NCBI GenBank assembly: GCA_964016885.1
Contig: OZ024740.1
Location: 388,616,001-388,680,000, forward strand
From: Eledone cirrhosa
Taxonomy: Eukaryota
Reading direction: 5' to 3'
DNA: 64,000 nt
How positions within the stretch are numbered: the stretch's first letter is position 1; every line of letters begins with the position of its first letter. The notes under the pieces were generated by a model, which was not told where the DNA came from, made no database searches, and worked only from the letters and a program-made list of their open reading frames with translations. The translations under genes were made by a program, and so were the position numbers. Shown piece after piece: positions 1-14,365 of this stretch.

Positions 1-1497
1 TTACAGAAATCAGAAACAGCCATAGGGACAAAGGTGGCGCCAACCTATGCCAACCTAGTCATCGGATACCATAAATTACAAATTTACAATAAAACAGAAC
101 AAATTTATGGGAATAATTTCGGCAACAGCTTCATATTGTCGTTGGAGAATCTTGACCAACTAAAGAAACTTCAATCCTCCATCATTGATATAAACCAGAA
201 TATTTAATTTACAATGGATTTTAGCAATATAAAACTTCTATTTTTAGATATCCTGTTGACAAAAGGAAACAGAAACTTAGAAACTGACATATATTTCAAA
301 CCTACTGATTCTTGGCATTACCTCATTTTTACATCTCATCCATCAGACATCCATACTAACATCCCTTTTAACTTAACCAAGCGAATCTGTACAATAACCT
401 CAAACCCAACAACCACAGACGAAGTAAATGAAACAAATGCGTATCAAGAAAAAAATATCATCATAATTTAATCAGCAAAAGGGAAATCAAATCAACATCC
501 AAACACTCCGAGAAACAAAACCGAATCAGGAAAAGGTCATACCATACATTTCAACTGTCAATCTGAAGAACACAGAGATATATAAACACACACAACTAAA
601 CTATCTTACTAATGGACAAGAACATGAAAAACATCTTACAAAAACAGCCAATCATAAAAAGTAAGCGAGAACCAAAATCACGAAAGAAGATATTAACGAA
701 TGTAAAACTGCAAACCGTTTTTTAAAATCCTCAAGATAGAAGGTGAAATCGACCCCACTGAGGAGTATGCAACTATATGCTAGAGGGTAATTAATGTAAT
801 TTCAAAGACGGTCCCATCTTTATTGTCTTGCAAATCGAAGAATTTAATGTACACTATCACGTGTAAAGGCTACCACGAACATTATATTGCACAGACACTC
901 CACTCTGAAAAGGAATAAACAGTTTACTGTCAACAAATCAAGGACAAACACACCAGAAATGTCCCTTTAAAGCAACATATAGAGGAATGAGGAGGAGGAA
1001 TTCTTCCAAATTTCTATATCTTTCCATTCTACAAGTGTAGTGAACATTTCACTCGGAGAAGGTGTATTAATAAAGAATGATTTTTAATAAGTAAATTGCA
1101 ACCAAATCTCAGGTTTTTATTCACTCAAAACAATTTTGTATTAAAAAGAAAAGCCTGAATCACATCCCTTTTAATGAATCATATTTTCCTCGATATGATC
1201 AACAAAGATAAAACCAGCTGCGCCCTTTGTGTTCAACAAGAACACAAGCGAACAACCACGTGACATAAACATAAACGAAAAACATTTTTCGAAAGACTAT
1301 AACGAAAATATTTTGGAAAAGGCTGTAAACACAGCTGAAACCGGTAAAATTAAACAAAATATATAATTAATCATCAATTTCACATAAACATAGAAACCTT
1401 CTAAACAACCAAAAGGGCAGTTATTGCATTTTTCAAACACAATTTTTTACTATAGCACGTGATTCATAAATAAACCCCTAACGTTTTAATTTTTACA

Positions 1498-1499
<2 letters not shown>
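1..1499 (+). mobile_element. Degraded Penelope-like element (RT C-terminal half, GIY-YIG remnant, 3' pLTR), ending in (TA)n
   Basis: Frameshifted translations give TAIGTKVAPTYANL (RT motif B), FTMDFS..LLFLDILL, DIYFKPTDSWHYL..SHP....NIPFNLTKRI (PLE thumb), NLMYTITCKG..EHYIAQT (GIY-YIG) and FLISKLQPNL. Confidence 0.8.
1310..1350 (+). ncRNA. Minimal hammerhead-like motif (U3-A8 core variant) in PLE pLTR
   Basis: attt-TGGAAAA-ggctgt aaac acagct-GAAA-CCGG-TA-aaat: 4-bp stem I, stem II, palindromic stem III. Confidence 0.5.
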
Positions 1500-1558
<59 letters not shown>

Positions 1559-1559
<1 letters not shown>

Positions 1560-1758
1560 GTATGTAGTTGACGAAAAAGAGTACTCAATACCGAAGTAAA
1601 GTTTAGATATTCCTTGATTATGCCTAGGTATTGTCTCGTTAAAAGGAGTTTCCTTTGCGTACTCGTAGGGATAGCTGACAAATCTTATCTGATGATCCAA
1701 GGAGTGCACATTTGAAATTTCAGAGTCATGACTCATTATTTAGCCATAGTAAAGGACC

Positions 1759-1760
<2 letters not shown>
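1559..1760 (-). mobile_element. Short (TA)n-embedded insertion with a PLE-type tail motif
   Basis: Flanked by (TA)n on both sides; the minus strand carries gtattGAGTACTC about 20 nt from the end, as in other PLE tails here. Confidence 0.4.
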
Positions 1761-1828
<68 letters not shown>

Positions 1829-1858
1829 TACAGATTAATATATATAAATATATATATG

Positions 1859-2209
<351 letters not shown>

Positions 2210-2210
2210 G

Positions 2211-2738
<528 letters not shown>

Positions 2739-2945
2739 ATAACGAAGGAAATGTGGTAAGGAACCAGGTGGACCATAACGCACCAAAGTACTCAATACTT
2801 AGGGTAGTAGAGTGGGTAATAGGAATGAGTAGGACCCCGACGGCTGAGCTCAAGCCGTTTCGACGGCTAATTCTGGGCTAAAAAATTTTAGTCCAGAATT
2901 AGCCGTCGAAACGGCTTGAGCTCAGCCGTCGGAGTCCTACTCGTT

Positions 2946-2950
<5 letters not shown>
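2739..2950 (-). mobile_element. PLE-derived family D insertion (tail + 65-bp hairpin containing a hammerhead 3' half)
   Basis: Inverted repeat 2819-2883/2886-2950; GAAA-CGGCT tgagctc AGCCG-TC at 2908-2930; near-identical to 43217-43411. Confidence 0.7.
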
Positions 2951-3012
<62 letters not shown>

Positions 3013-3226
3013 CAGATTAGAGCAAAAATCACGAGCGCTCTATCTCAAAATTATTTTTGAAAAGCATTAGAAATGCGCAACCAGTAAAAACTTAAAACTA
3101 AAACTGAATACTAACTAATACTTATACTAATTTATACTTATTCCTAATTAAACTATTTTTCACTGGGAAAAATTTGTTAGCATTTTCTTTTCCTTTTTAC
3201 TAATATATATATATATATATATATAC

Positions 3227-3338
<112 letters not shown>

Positions 3339-5041
3339 CGTATATTCAAGGATGTCAACAGGTTTGGATGACCTCCACCATGCAGCTTCCATGTAATCCA
3401 TTCTATTTGAATGATAAAATTTCTCTTAATTGTTAATTGTTTAAATGTTGCGCAGAAAAATAAACTTCTGCATCTGAATATAAGCAACCAGACCAGTCTC
3501 CTAATCTATTTGGCCTTCTGCTTTTGTTAAATATAATTAATATTACGGTAAATCAGTTGTGTACCTGACACTTTTACGTTTTGTTTTAACATGTCATCAA
3601 TACTTACTTTGTCTTTCTTCCTTCCCGCAACACTGAAATGCTTTCTTATCCAAGTAAAAGACTGGGGATTCGGGATTAGGGGTAGCTTATCATAACAAAT
3701 CCCGTACTTTATTGATCGTTTAATGATACACTGGTGTCGATTTAATTGATTATGCTTTCGCCTCAAAATATTTGACATTATGCACTCGCCCCAAAAGGTT
3801 AGACATTATCAAAGTAAAATGCATATTTAACAGATTTCAGGGATATATTACAAGTCAAGATTGAATACATGAATGTATATATCTCTGCTTCCTAATTTGA
3901 GATAGTGCTGGAGTAAGAAAAGAGTTTCAGCCATTGATATACCTTCGCATTAAATATTTGCATATATAAAAGTCAAAATCATGAATATAGTACATTTAAT
4001 GGAACTGTGCACAAAATTAGTAGGATTACCATGAATAATTATTTTGCTGTAAGTAGATTATATCTAGTGATATACGGGTTTTAGGATACAGATAAAAAAA
4101 ACTTTTTCACTTAATGTGAAAAGAATCTCCCGGTTTAGATATTTATTATTCATGCGTTCGCATTAATTCCCCGAAAAGAATTATTAGATCTATAAATAAC
4201 GGAGAATAGAATATATGAAAGTCTAATAATAATTAGATATTTAGGGAGAATAATTTGAATTTGCCAATATAAAATCTCAAAGAGGAATATATTAGTCTAG
4301 TAGTAACCACAAATGATTTAAATATGCTAATCATAAAAATCAATCTGCCAAGTCCATGTCTGCCAAGTCCAGCTTTAAATTAAACACCGGATGTTTTCGA
4401 AAAAAAATAGACTCAGAAAAACATAACAAAAATACTTAAATAATTCAGCTACATACTCAAACATTAAAACACAAGCATTTCCTTTTAATTTTGCAGGAAC
4501 AAGTGAACAATGCATTAGCATTTTATCACTCGGTCTCTTTCAAAAAATCATATATTCCCCAGGCGATGCTTGTTGTCCAAGGAAATATAGGAGTATGTGG
4601 GTATATAAGGAAAATGTTATATTCTTTCATTTTTTGTTTAGTCTAAAATATATTATTTATATTATTATAATTTATCGGAATACATTTGCCCGTTTGACTT
4701 TTAAGCTTACTTCTCATCCATAATACAAAAAATCGTTTATAGAATGACAGATGTAAGTTAAATATAATGACAAAAAACTCTTTCCATACACACTTACATT
4801 CAGGCACCACTTTATACTTACATAATTATAGATATGTAAATATAAAATTATATACATCGTGTACGTATATTACCCTCCCTAAGTTTAGCTATATATTTCA
4901 ACATAGGATTTCACGCCAAAAGTCTTGTAAAACAAATACAACAACGAAATACAATCTTATATATATATATATATATATATACATACATGATGGCTGCCCC
5001 CTCGTTATCGAGTATGGCCATTGCACGATATACCATTATTA

Positions 5042-5190
5042 GGTGAATTGGCAGTATCGGTAGAGGGTCGGACGCCTTGCTTTGGCGTATAGAGTTACGG
5101 TCCTTGCCATTCTGAGTTCAAATCCCGCCGAAGTTAACTTTGCCTTTCATCTTTACGGGGTCGATAAAATAAAGTACCAGTAATGTACTT
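5042..5190 (+). mobile_element. tRNA-derived SINE, 3' end cut by the LINE insertion
   Basis: A-box-like TGGCAGTATCGG, B box GAGTTCAAATCCC, central GCCTTTCATC..GGGGTCGATAAAATAAAGTACCAG; 8 copies in the window. Confidence 0.85.
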
Positions 5191-7431
5191 GGCCAAGATA
5201 AATGCTCATACATGACTGTAAAGCGGGGAAAAACAACAACCCAATCTAGCAACATTGTCATCAATGGCCTAACTGTTTCACCGATATCTGACGAGGACTG
5301 CTACAGATACCTGGGGATAGATGAGAACATATCCTATAATGGTATCTGTAATAAAGAACGCATAACCAGGGAATATTACACCCGATTCAGAACGATCTGG
5401 TCATCGGAACCCTCTGTGCAAAACAAAACAGTGGCTCACAATGTGTTTGCTGTGCCTGTCCTAACACCCGTTTGGAATACTCAATTGGACGATAGACGAA
5501 ATTCGAGCAGTTGATGTTGGAACTCGAAAAATATTGAACAACACCGGAAACTTCCACATCAACAGTGACAGACCGCCTTTACTTGAAACGTAAGCAGGGA
5601 GGCAGAGGCCTAACATCAGTCCAGACAACATTTGAATGTCGCATCATATCTCTCCGACAACATCTACGAACCTCGAAGCGTAGGAGCCCGTTTCTCGAGC
5701 AAGTCTATCTGCATGAAACAGATAAGATCATGAAAGTTGGGAAGGAACTCCTTGAGAGATATTCCCTGTGTGATAATCAAAATCTCACACCCAGGGGTGT
5801 CACTCAGCAGTATCGCAGTGAATCCATGGATGAAAAACTGCATGCCTATCAGCAAAAAATCATGCATGGATATGTTGTCAGGAAGCTCCAGAGTGAGAGT
5901 AATATAGATAAGGAAAGTAGTTTATCTTGGACCAACAACCGCTATATTGGCTCCCACTTTGAAGGATACGCGTTTGCAATCCAGGAACAGGAGATTAGCA
6001 CGAAATACCTGATTCACAAAAGAGATAGAGATGCAGGAAAAATACCTAGATGTGAAAACAAGTGCAGACTCTGCAGAACTAACATCGAGGATATCCCCCA
6101 TGTCATCAGCAGCTGTCCAAAGATGTCATCGCGGTACTATCTATTGGTAAATCTTTGTGAAATTATAAAACCAGAAGAACATACATACAGTCCAGACGAC
6201 ATTTGAATGTCGCATCATATCTCTCCGACAACATCTACGAACCTCGAGGCGTAGGAGCGCGTTTCTCGAGCAAGTCTATCTCCATGAAACAAATATGATC
6301 ATGAGAGTTGGGAAGGAACTCCTCGAGAGATATTCCCTGTGTGATAAACAAAAACTCACACCCAGGGAAGTCGCTCAGCAGTATCGCAGTGAATCCATGG
6401 ATGAAAAATGCATGCTTATCAGCAAAACATCATGCATGGGTATGTTGCAAGGAAGCTCCAGAGTGAGAGTAATATAGATAAGGAAATAGTCTATCTTGGA
6501 CCAACAACCGTTATATTGGCTCCCACTTTGAAGGATACGCTTTTGCAACCCAAGAACAGGAAATTAGCACGAAATACCTGATTCACAAAAGAGATAGGGA
6601 TGCAGGCAAAACACCTAGATGTGATAACAAGTGCAGACTCTGTAGAACTAACATCGAGGATATCACCCATGTCATCAGCAGCTGTCCAAAGATGTCATCG
6701 CAGTACTATCTACCTATGAGGCATGATGTAGTGGCCAAAACACTGTACAATGCAGTTCGTAAAAAGGATAGCCCCTATAATAAACACATTAAAAGCTACA
6801 GCAATGTGGAAGACATCCATGTACATAATATGAAAGAGTACTGGTGGAATGTTCCAGTAAAAACCCCAATAAAATGCAGGCATAACAGACCAGATATTAT
6901 GATATGGGACAGGGAGAAGAAAGCATGAACAGTAGTGGAAATTAGCTGCCCAGCAGATGCCAATATAATATCAAAGATTAGTGAAAAGGAGAATATTTAT
7001 GCAGAACTAATGAGAAATCTGCAGATACTCCACCCTGATTACACCTTCAGATTTATGCCTGTGATTATTGGGGCACTTGGGTATGTTAGTAACTGCCTAA
7101 ATACAAATCTTGAGAAGCTAGGCTTCACGGGAACAGAAAGAACACAACTAGTTAGGAAATTACAAGTACAATCCATTAATGGAACAGTAAAAATATGTAC
7201 AACATTCCAAAAATGTTGCATCTAATAACTGCATATACACATGCACATATACAACTCAAAACATCCACATCCACACATACAATAACATCCATATCTACAC
7301 ATGCATACATAATCTACCTAGTTGATGTTGTGTAAATTCCAATGAGAGAGTCTTGTCTATGTTAGAAACCGACTCTCTCTTTATTTGGAAAAAATTTGTG
7401 AAATTATAAATCCGGAACATACATATATTAC

Positions 7432-7445
<14 letters not shown>
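5190..7445 (+). mobile_element. 5'-truncated R4/Dong-like non-LTR retrotransposon with restriction-like endonuclease; tandem chimera with frameshifts
   Basis: YRYLGIDE, RLYLKRKQGGRGL, CCHC knuckle CRLC..EDI.HVISSC, RHD, HNRPDIMIWD..VEISCP..EKE.IY (PD-(D/E)xK RLE) and PVIIGALG; the 3' UTR runs into (TACA)n/(TA)n. Confidence 0.88.
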
Positions 7446-7507
<62 letters not shown>

Positions 7508-7511
<4 letters not shown>

Positions 7512-7830
7512 GATAACAAAATATCGTTATAAGTAATCCAGTTAGAGGTTGTGAATACTCGGTATTGTGGATAGTTTTAGCGTACGGCGTTGTTTTACTC
7601 ATCAAGAGGTTTCAGTAGGTGGCGAGTTTGTGATTTCTCGGGAATTCCTATGTAAGTTTATCTTGGAGTAATAATATTGAAAGAGTAAAGAATAACATGG
7701 TCAACAGTACAAAGAAGGGTTTTATTTTCAGTATTAACAATTGTTTCACTGATTAAGTTGTCTAAAAATTGCTGAACCACTCAATTTTAAATACGTTGTT
7801 AGCTTAACCAGATCATCTGAAAGGACTATA
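7508..7830 (-). mobile_element. PLE pLTR + tail, family C, with a hammerhead-like motif at ~7731-7825
   Basis: Homologous to 20310-20523; minus strand reads CAGATGA-tctggttaag...cttaatcagt-GAAAC AATT GTT (stem I poorly paired). Confidence 0.6.
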
Positions 7831-7834
7831 TATA

Positions 7835-7965
7835 TAATGAATTATCCAGTTTTAAACTAGTAAGACAATTATTCAGCAGAATACTCGATACTTGCGACAG
7901 TAGAGTGCGACTATATTAGAAAGAGTCGGTCTCGACTACTGAGCTCTTGCCGTTTCGAGAATATG
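7835..7965 (-). mobile_element. Diverged family D-like pLTR/tail fragment
   Basis: Minus strand GAAACGGCaaGAGCTCAgtaGTC and tail cactctact...aagtatcGAGTATTC resemble family D. Confidence 0.5.
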
Positions 7966-7971
7966 TCTATA

Positions 7972-8062
<91 letters not shown>

Positions 8063-8067
8063 ATAAT

Positions 8068-8145
<78 letters not shown>

Positions 8146-8150
8146 ATAAT

Positions 8151-8184
<34 letters not shown>

Positions 8185-8187
<3 letters not shown>

Positions 8188-8486
8188 GATAAATCTACCA
8201 AAATATACGGTAGTGTCCAATCCGTATGAAGAACTCAATGTAATCCAAATATCATGAAAAGAGAAGATGCATTCAAAAATGTACGATAAAAATCATAAAA
8301 TTTCTGAAGACAGCATGTATATGTGAAGGTATGTATATTTCCTCTGATAATTTGTAATATTTTTACATAGATCTATATGATAAACATACCAATACACATA
8401 TACATCCTAGAAACGATCGTAAAATGATGAATTTTTTAATATAAGGAACTTGTTCTTTGTTTTTATTTCATTGTTTTTATTAATTT
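8185..8486. mobile_element. Miniature relative of the large PLE: tail on minus strand joined to a hammerhead pLTR on plus strand
   Basis: 8185-~8270 is the reverse complement of tail 39880-39967; 8293-8450 is homologous to 39617-39795; (TA)n on both sides. Confidence 0.75.
8293..8430 (+). ncRNA. Type I hammerhead ribozyme with long stem II
   Basis: attt-CTGAAGA (8304-8310)...atgtatatgtg/cacatatacat...GAAAC GATC GTA-aaat. Confidence 0.65.
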
Positions 8487-10115
8487 ATATATATATATAT
8501 ATATATATATAGTTGTACTGTCTTGTTTGGTTTTAATAAAAAAAACGCAGACCTGATCCATTTCGTGTGTTTGTAGGTCTATAACATTCGTGTGTGTGTG
8601 TGGGGGGGGGGGGTTAGTCTTAAGCTATCACTCGATTCAGTGAACTTAACCTAGACTTCTCTGTGGCAGTCATTGGGCCAGGTTTCTATATTGATGTTAC
8701 ATTTCTCGCAGTAGTCTAGGACCTTTCAATTTCCTTTCACTTAATAGTTATCTTTGCAGCTTAGCCGACTACACTTAGAGAAATCCAGATTACTGAGGAC
8801 AGTAACAACCATATTTTCTCACTGTTGTATATTCTCAAAATTTATCACTTCTGAGATCATTTTGCTATACTTTTATTGGTATAGATGAAACAACGTGCAA
8901 TTACCCATTGGAATTCACATTTCCTTGACTATTTCTGAGTCTAGTATTGCCATCTATCTAGGCCTTGACATATGGCGGGTTTGACAGGGAAGGTTAGGAA
9001 ATTTCCTTGAATACTGTTTGCTCCGTCCTACTTTAATGTATCAATGTCTTTCTCTATGCATCTATTATCAAACGGACATATCTTGAGGTACACCGCTGTG
9101 GGTAGTTGAACCTTCGGCAAGAATGTTATTGTCTACAACACACTGACTACTGTAGTTTAATAAGTCATACAGAAAACTCTTCAAATATTGTTAATCTACT
9201 GACAGAAGAGACGAGCATTGACATGGTGTTATGAATGGAAAATATCAAACACGTTATTACAAGTTTATCTGCTTTTTTATTAAGAAAACACATAAGAAGG
9301 CTGATATAGTTTTGTGAAAAGTATTGTTATAGAAACAATTAGTCTAACCAAAGAAGTTCCCGCCGATATTTTCCATCAAAACTTCTAAAAGTATGGAATG
9401 GTTTTATATATTGAATTAACTCTTAATAACTTCACATTATTGAATAGAAATATCTAAAAAGAAATTTGCTTATGCAAATGTTTATAATACCTCTATGTCC
9501 GAACATATAGATCATTGTGCGAATTTTCATTATTACTGTATAATAATAATTTCAGCTTTTATTGTAATTCGGCCATAGTGTTTTTTGGCACTTCACAGAG
9601 GTTCAAGCGATAAATGAGGTTATGAGCAGTAAGCTCAGCAGAAAACTGTAATAGAATAGAATATGTCATATCCATAAAGAAGGAACCAAATGTATGTATG
9701 TAGATGTAGGTAGTTCACAGGTCTCATTCTCCGACATCACATATCAATAAAATCATAAAATAAAATACCAGAAATAGAAATTATTATATCCCTAGTAAAT
9801 CTGAGAATGGCAGAAAGGCTACAATGCATACAGCGATTCCTGGATTATATTAAGCGAGTGAAAATTAAATATTCTACAACTGTTGTAGTAGGGCTGGAGA
9901 AACTTTTCCAATTTGAAATTCTGTTTAATCTAGGTTTGCTATGATTTGTTTTGGAAGGCATAATATATTGTGTGCATTAGAATGTTTTGATATTTTACCA
10001 ACAATGATTTGTTAGCTAGAATTGGTATGATATATAGTTTTAAGGGTTAGCTTATTGATTATTTAATGTTGGATAAACTATATGAGATAAATATAGGTCA
10101 TTATTTATTCATTTA

Positions 10116-10304
10116 GGGCTGTGGATTGGCAGTATCGGTAGAGGGTCGGACGCCATGCTTTGACGCATAGAGTTACGACCTTGGCCATTCTGAGTTCAAA
10201 TCCCGCCAAGGTTAACTTTGCCTTTCATCCTTACGGGGTCGATTAAATAAAGTACCAGTAATACACTGGGATAATTGCTGGCCTTGTGTCAAAAGTAGAA
10301 ACAA
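10116..10304 (+). mobile_element. tRNA-derived SINE, full length, 16-bp TSD
   Basis: A/B boxes; TSD attatttattcattta at 10100-10115 and 10304-10319. Confidence 0.9.
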
Positions 10305-10492
10305 TTATTTATTCATTTATTTTTGTTGGCCTTATGATTTTTGGCAGTATGTTTGGGTGTGTGTTGGATGTATGAGATGAATATTTTCAGAACAAGTAGC
10401 AACATTTATGTGAGTCTCATCATCTATGTTGATATCGCTACTATTGTTGAACAATATATAGAGGTGGTTGGATCGGTGCCGAGTAAAGGTAT

Positions 10493-10750
10493 CTTCTTCT
10501 TCTTCTTCTTCTTCTTCTTTGTAAGGTCTTATAAAAAGTAACCCTCTCAAACTGATCGGACTGGATCTTCTAACGAACACCAACCAATCTCATGGATGCT
10601 CACCAACTTTCTTGTTCGTGGTATAACTGTGGTTGGCCTTTACCCGTAAAATATATCGAGCGAATCTTAAGCATTCTGACCATATGTCTATTGTATCGTA
10701 GTGTGATTTCGCGACTCGAAAAGCAGTGGTTCTACCTGGAGTGACTCCCT
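10493..10750 (-). mobile_element. Degraded LINE 3' end with (GAA)n tail
   Basis: (GAA)n tail on the minus strand; decayed 'LRFA.HILR'-like segment upstream. Confidence 0.4.
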
Positions 10751-11165
10751 GATCTAATATTTTTCAATTATTAGTTCAATTTGTGTAATTTGATTTTCAA
10801 TTTTAGTTTGTTGAGTCTAATTTCAATTTCTTGGATTCAATTATTAATGTTTACAAGTCTTGAGCAGTATATTCTAGTGTTGGTTCGGTATAATTTGTTT
10901 ATTTTACTGCTAATTCTGAATTTAATGATTTATTTTAAATTATGTTTTTATTAGATTTATGGAGTGACTATTATAGATTTTCATCAATGTTTCTTTTAAG
11001 TTTGATTCTCATGATAGATAGCGTGTTGATTGACTAAGTTTCATATCGATATATGGGCGAGAGCCATCGATTATTATGGTTGCGAGTTTGTTGCTTTCGT
11101 AGTTATTATGATTAAGTGTTCTGCAGCGTATATGCTGCTAAATTATCTGATATCCACAAGGAGAA

Positions 11166-11297
11166 ACACAAAGTTTGATGTAAATTGTGTCCTCAGAAAT
11201 TCCCTCCTCTTAGGACCAGCATAGTGAGCTGGGACACAAAGTGATGGAAATTGTGTCCTAAGAAATTTCCTCTTCTGAGGACCAGCTTGGTGGGCTA
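11166..11297. repeat. Two-copy ~65-bp tandem repeat
   Basis: acacaaagt..gatg.aaattgtgtcct.agaaatt.cctc.tct.aggaccagc.t.gtg.gct occurs twice. Confidence 0.75.
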
Positions 11298-11523
11298 GTT
11301 TCCTTTATAATTTATTACAATAGCGTCTTTGTTTGCGTTGCTTTAATTTTGGATCAGATATGTTTTGGTTGTGAATTTCAGATTTTGTTGAGTAGACATG
11401 CAATAGTTAGTGGATGACCTAGCTTGTGGCGGTTATTTCTTTATTGTGCTAAATCTTGTGTGTTTTGTGGCTGAGTATTTTGTCTGGTGAGTCATGATTG
11501 GTTTTGAGTCATGGAGTTTTGAG

Positions 11524-11593
<70 letters not shown>

Positions 11594-11949
11594 TCCAGTC
11601 TCCCTCTCAACAAGGAAGATGAAAAAAATTTACCTCTTAATTTTAAATCTTTAATTTTTAGCTTTCAATTCTTATTAATTCTTTTTAATTGTAATACTCA
11701 ACATTTGATAAGATGAATTTTAATAATATATCGAAACCGATAATACTTTATATACTTTATATACATTATAAAACCCTTTTTAAAAGAATTGTCCCTCTCA
11801 TTTTTTCAATAATTTCACTTTGACGAATAGTAAAAATAAAATACAGACCCTAAAATATATTTCCGTGCTATTTCCAACATCACCAAAGAGCGGAGGAACT
11901 CAAGAGAGTCAACGGCAATCCAATAAAGCTTTTCTTTTTGATTTTTGTG

Positions 11950-12280
11950 TAGCGACAGGCCCTTAGTCATCATTAAGATATCTCCCTAGGAGAATGTCAC
12001 TCTGAAATAAAACCTGCAACTTCGTTTCCTTCCAATGTTGTAGATGAGTTCTTCGTTTTAGGTAAATGCATTTGATGTTCAGCGATCGGGATTGGCCCCG
12101 TGCCTTTCCTCACTTAAAAAAGCTTCAAGCATAGTCATTGCTTGATATGTGATATTCTTTGCGATGCATGTTATTGCTGGTCTTAGGCAAGTCCCTAGCT
12201 GGTCTAAAAAACCACATCCGCGATGCTCCTACTTAGGTATCAAGCGATGGCATTACTCCAAATTGAGTTGCAGCCATCAT
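11950..12280 (+). mobile_element. Non-autonomous RTE-related SINE-like repeat with CAT tail
   Basis: Homologous, in opposite orientation, to 54641-54960 (caagcaatg.ct.tgctt...ttttaagtg.ggaaagg block). Confidence 0.5.
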
Positions 12281-12659
12281 ATATATATATATGTATATAT
12301 CATCCCTCTAATACTAAGTGGATTAAGATCTGCGTTCAAAGGTCTCTAGTACGAAGGATTAATAGGATTAGTTGGGATATTGTTAACAGATCTAAAGGGT
12401 TAATTGGCAAAAGAATAGGATGTTTTTCCTTTTTAAATTATGTTTAATATAAGTGTAATATGTTTTGGGTATGAAAGGTATATTATATCAATGTCTGTAT
12501 TATGTCTATGCTTTTTAGAGCCTGATATAATATTAATGTTTACAGTATGTTATAATATTAAAATGACTATCTTAGTTATATATGATGATTGCTTTATCTT
12601 GTTAGATGATAGCCGTCTCAACATTATCTTCATCTTTCCAGCAAGTTTACACCCTTCCA

Positions 12660-14365
12660 TGTGCACGGAGGTGACCTTTCAATCCAGCTGTTTTATAATT
12701 GACAGTCTATGTACTGGGTTTATTGGATTAGGATGTGGAATTTCATGTTGATGAACCTTCATACGATGTTTTAACCCGGTAGTTGTCTTACATATCTTGC
12801 CACAAACAGGACAAGTAGTCACGTCTGGAAGTACAGGGAGATTTGCAACATAACCTGCCAGTATCATTGTCTCTGTTTTTCCTTTTTTCGTTTCATCCAA
12901 TCATTGACACACTGATTTTCTTTTCTTTCACTATGTATTTCGATCATAGATTGTTTTTCCCATTAATTTATATTTAAACCCAGACATTTTTACGTTTCTC
13001 TTAATAAAACCTTTGTACCTTTTCTTAGGCTGATACTGTGGTTGTTTTCCTAGCACAAACTCACCACAAAATGTTTTCTTTCGAGGCTTTGCGTCATCCA
13101 TACGAAGAAGATGCCCTACCTAGTGCATCTGACTCTTAATGACCAAGGAACTAATTGTAGAGCACCCTGATCTTTGTAAAAGTTCAGAGTTAAGTGTCAG
13201 GCTTCCCCATCTAACACATAAGATCGGCCGAAGCTCCTTTTGGTGGAATCTGTCAAGTATCTTGACATGCCGCAGGTGAGTGTTCCATTCTTTACACCAA
13301 TACAGCAAAAATATAAACACGCATGCCACATATGTAGTTATTCTTGCCTTAATGTTATGCCTCTGTTTGATCACACCCTTTTCACTAATTTTCCAAATAC
13401 AGCGCCTGCCTTCTGTATTTCAAGATATATTGCTGCATCGAAACCCCTTGACAGAGTAATACCCAGACGCACGAAAACATCCACCACTGCCAACCTAGTC
13501 CCATTCACATATATATGTGGCATAGCATAAGCTTCTTCTAGTGCTTCGCGTGTACATCATCTTAGTCTCAGTCAAGCTTACAGTCAACCCCCCAAAAGGC
13601 TCATGCTTACAGTGAGCCCCCTAAAAGGCTCATGCTTACAGTGAGCCTCCAAAAAGGATCATGCTCCAAAAAGGTTACCCAACGTGTTCTGTATATCTGC
13701 TTCCGTGTGCAAAAAATGTCGGCATCATCGGCATACAATAGTTCTTGAATTGACACATTGAATATCACAGATTTATTAAGAAATCGTCCTCAATAAAGAC
13801 TTGCCCAGATGTTTGGAAACGCAGGTTTATGTCTCGATTACGATGTAATGTGGTCTGTATTCTTTATATATCTTCTCTGTAGCAGGTCGGGGTGAAGGAT
13901 TCTCACTCAGGGTTTTTTCATACAGTGTATGTTCTATTTTCAGTAATTGACTGACAATAGGATAATTATTATCATAAAAGTCTTTATGATTTATTTTTAC
14001 ACTATAACCAACTATATCTGCTCCTATGGAATAAACTTGGCCTTTAAAAGTTTCCCATGTTCCATCCAGTTCTAGACTATCTAGCCTTTCGTATAAGGTT
14101 TGACAAATCTCTGACCATGTCAGTTTACTAACACCAATATGGTTTGGAATCTTGACCCCACTCATGGTCATGAAATTTAAACTATTCTTCCACCAGCTTT
14201 TGATCCATGTCACATTCCGCATTGCGCATCACACCTATATCGCACACATCAGTAAGATCACGTTTACGGATGATGATAAAATTAATCATGTACCTACGCT
14301 TTAATCTCGGGTGAGTCCATGTAAATTCGTGTTTAAGTTTGTGTCTGAAGAAAGTGTGGAAATCA
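12660..14365 (-). mobile_element. Degraded RTE (BovB-like) LINE
   Basis: Minus-strand LLYADDA (RT motif C), LTVSL.ETKMM, LDRFHQKELR.IL, a C-terminal CPVCGKICKTTTGLKH zinc finger, and an EN-side remnant near 14230-14360. Confidence 0.8.

Noticed and set aside
1675-1735. CTGATGA...GAAA as a hammerhead on the plus strand
   Set aside because: No convincing stems I-III could be drawn.
10116-10215. tRNA genes at SINE heads (also 62790-62858)
   Set aside because: A/B boxes are present but there is no cloverleaf; they are followed by SINE bodies and TSDs.
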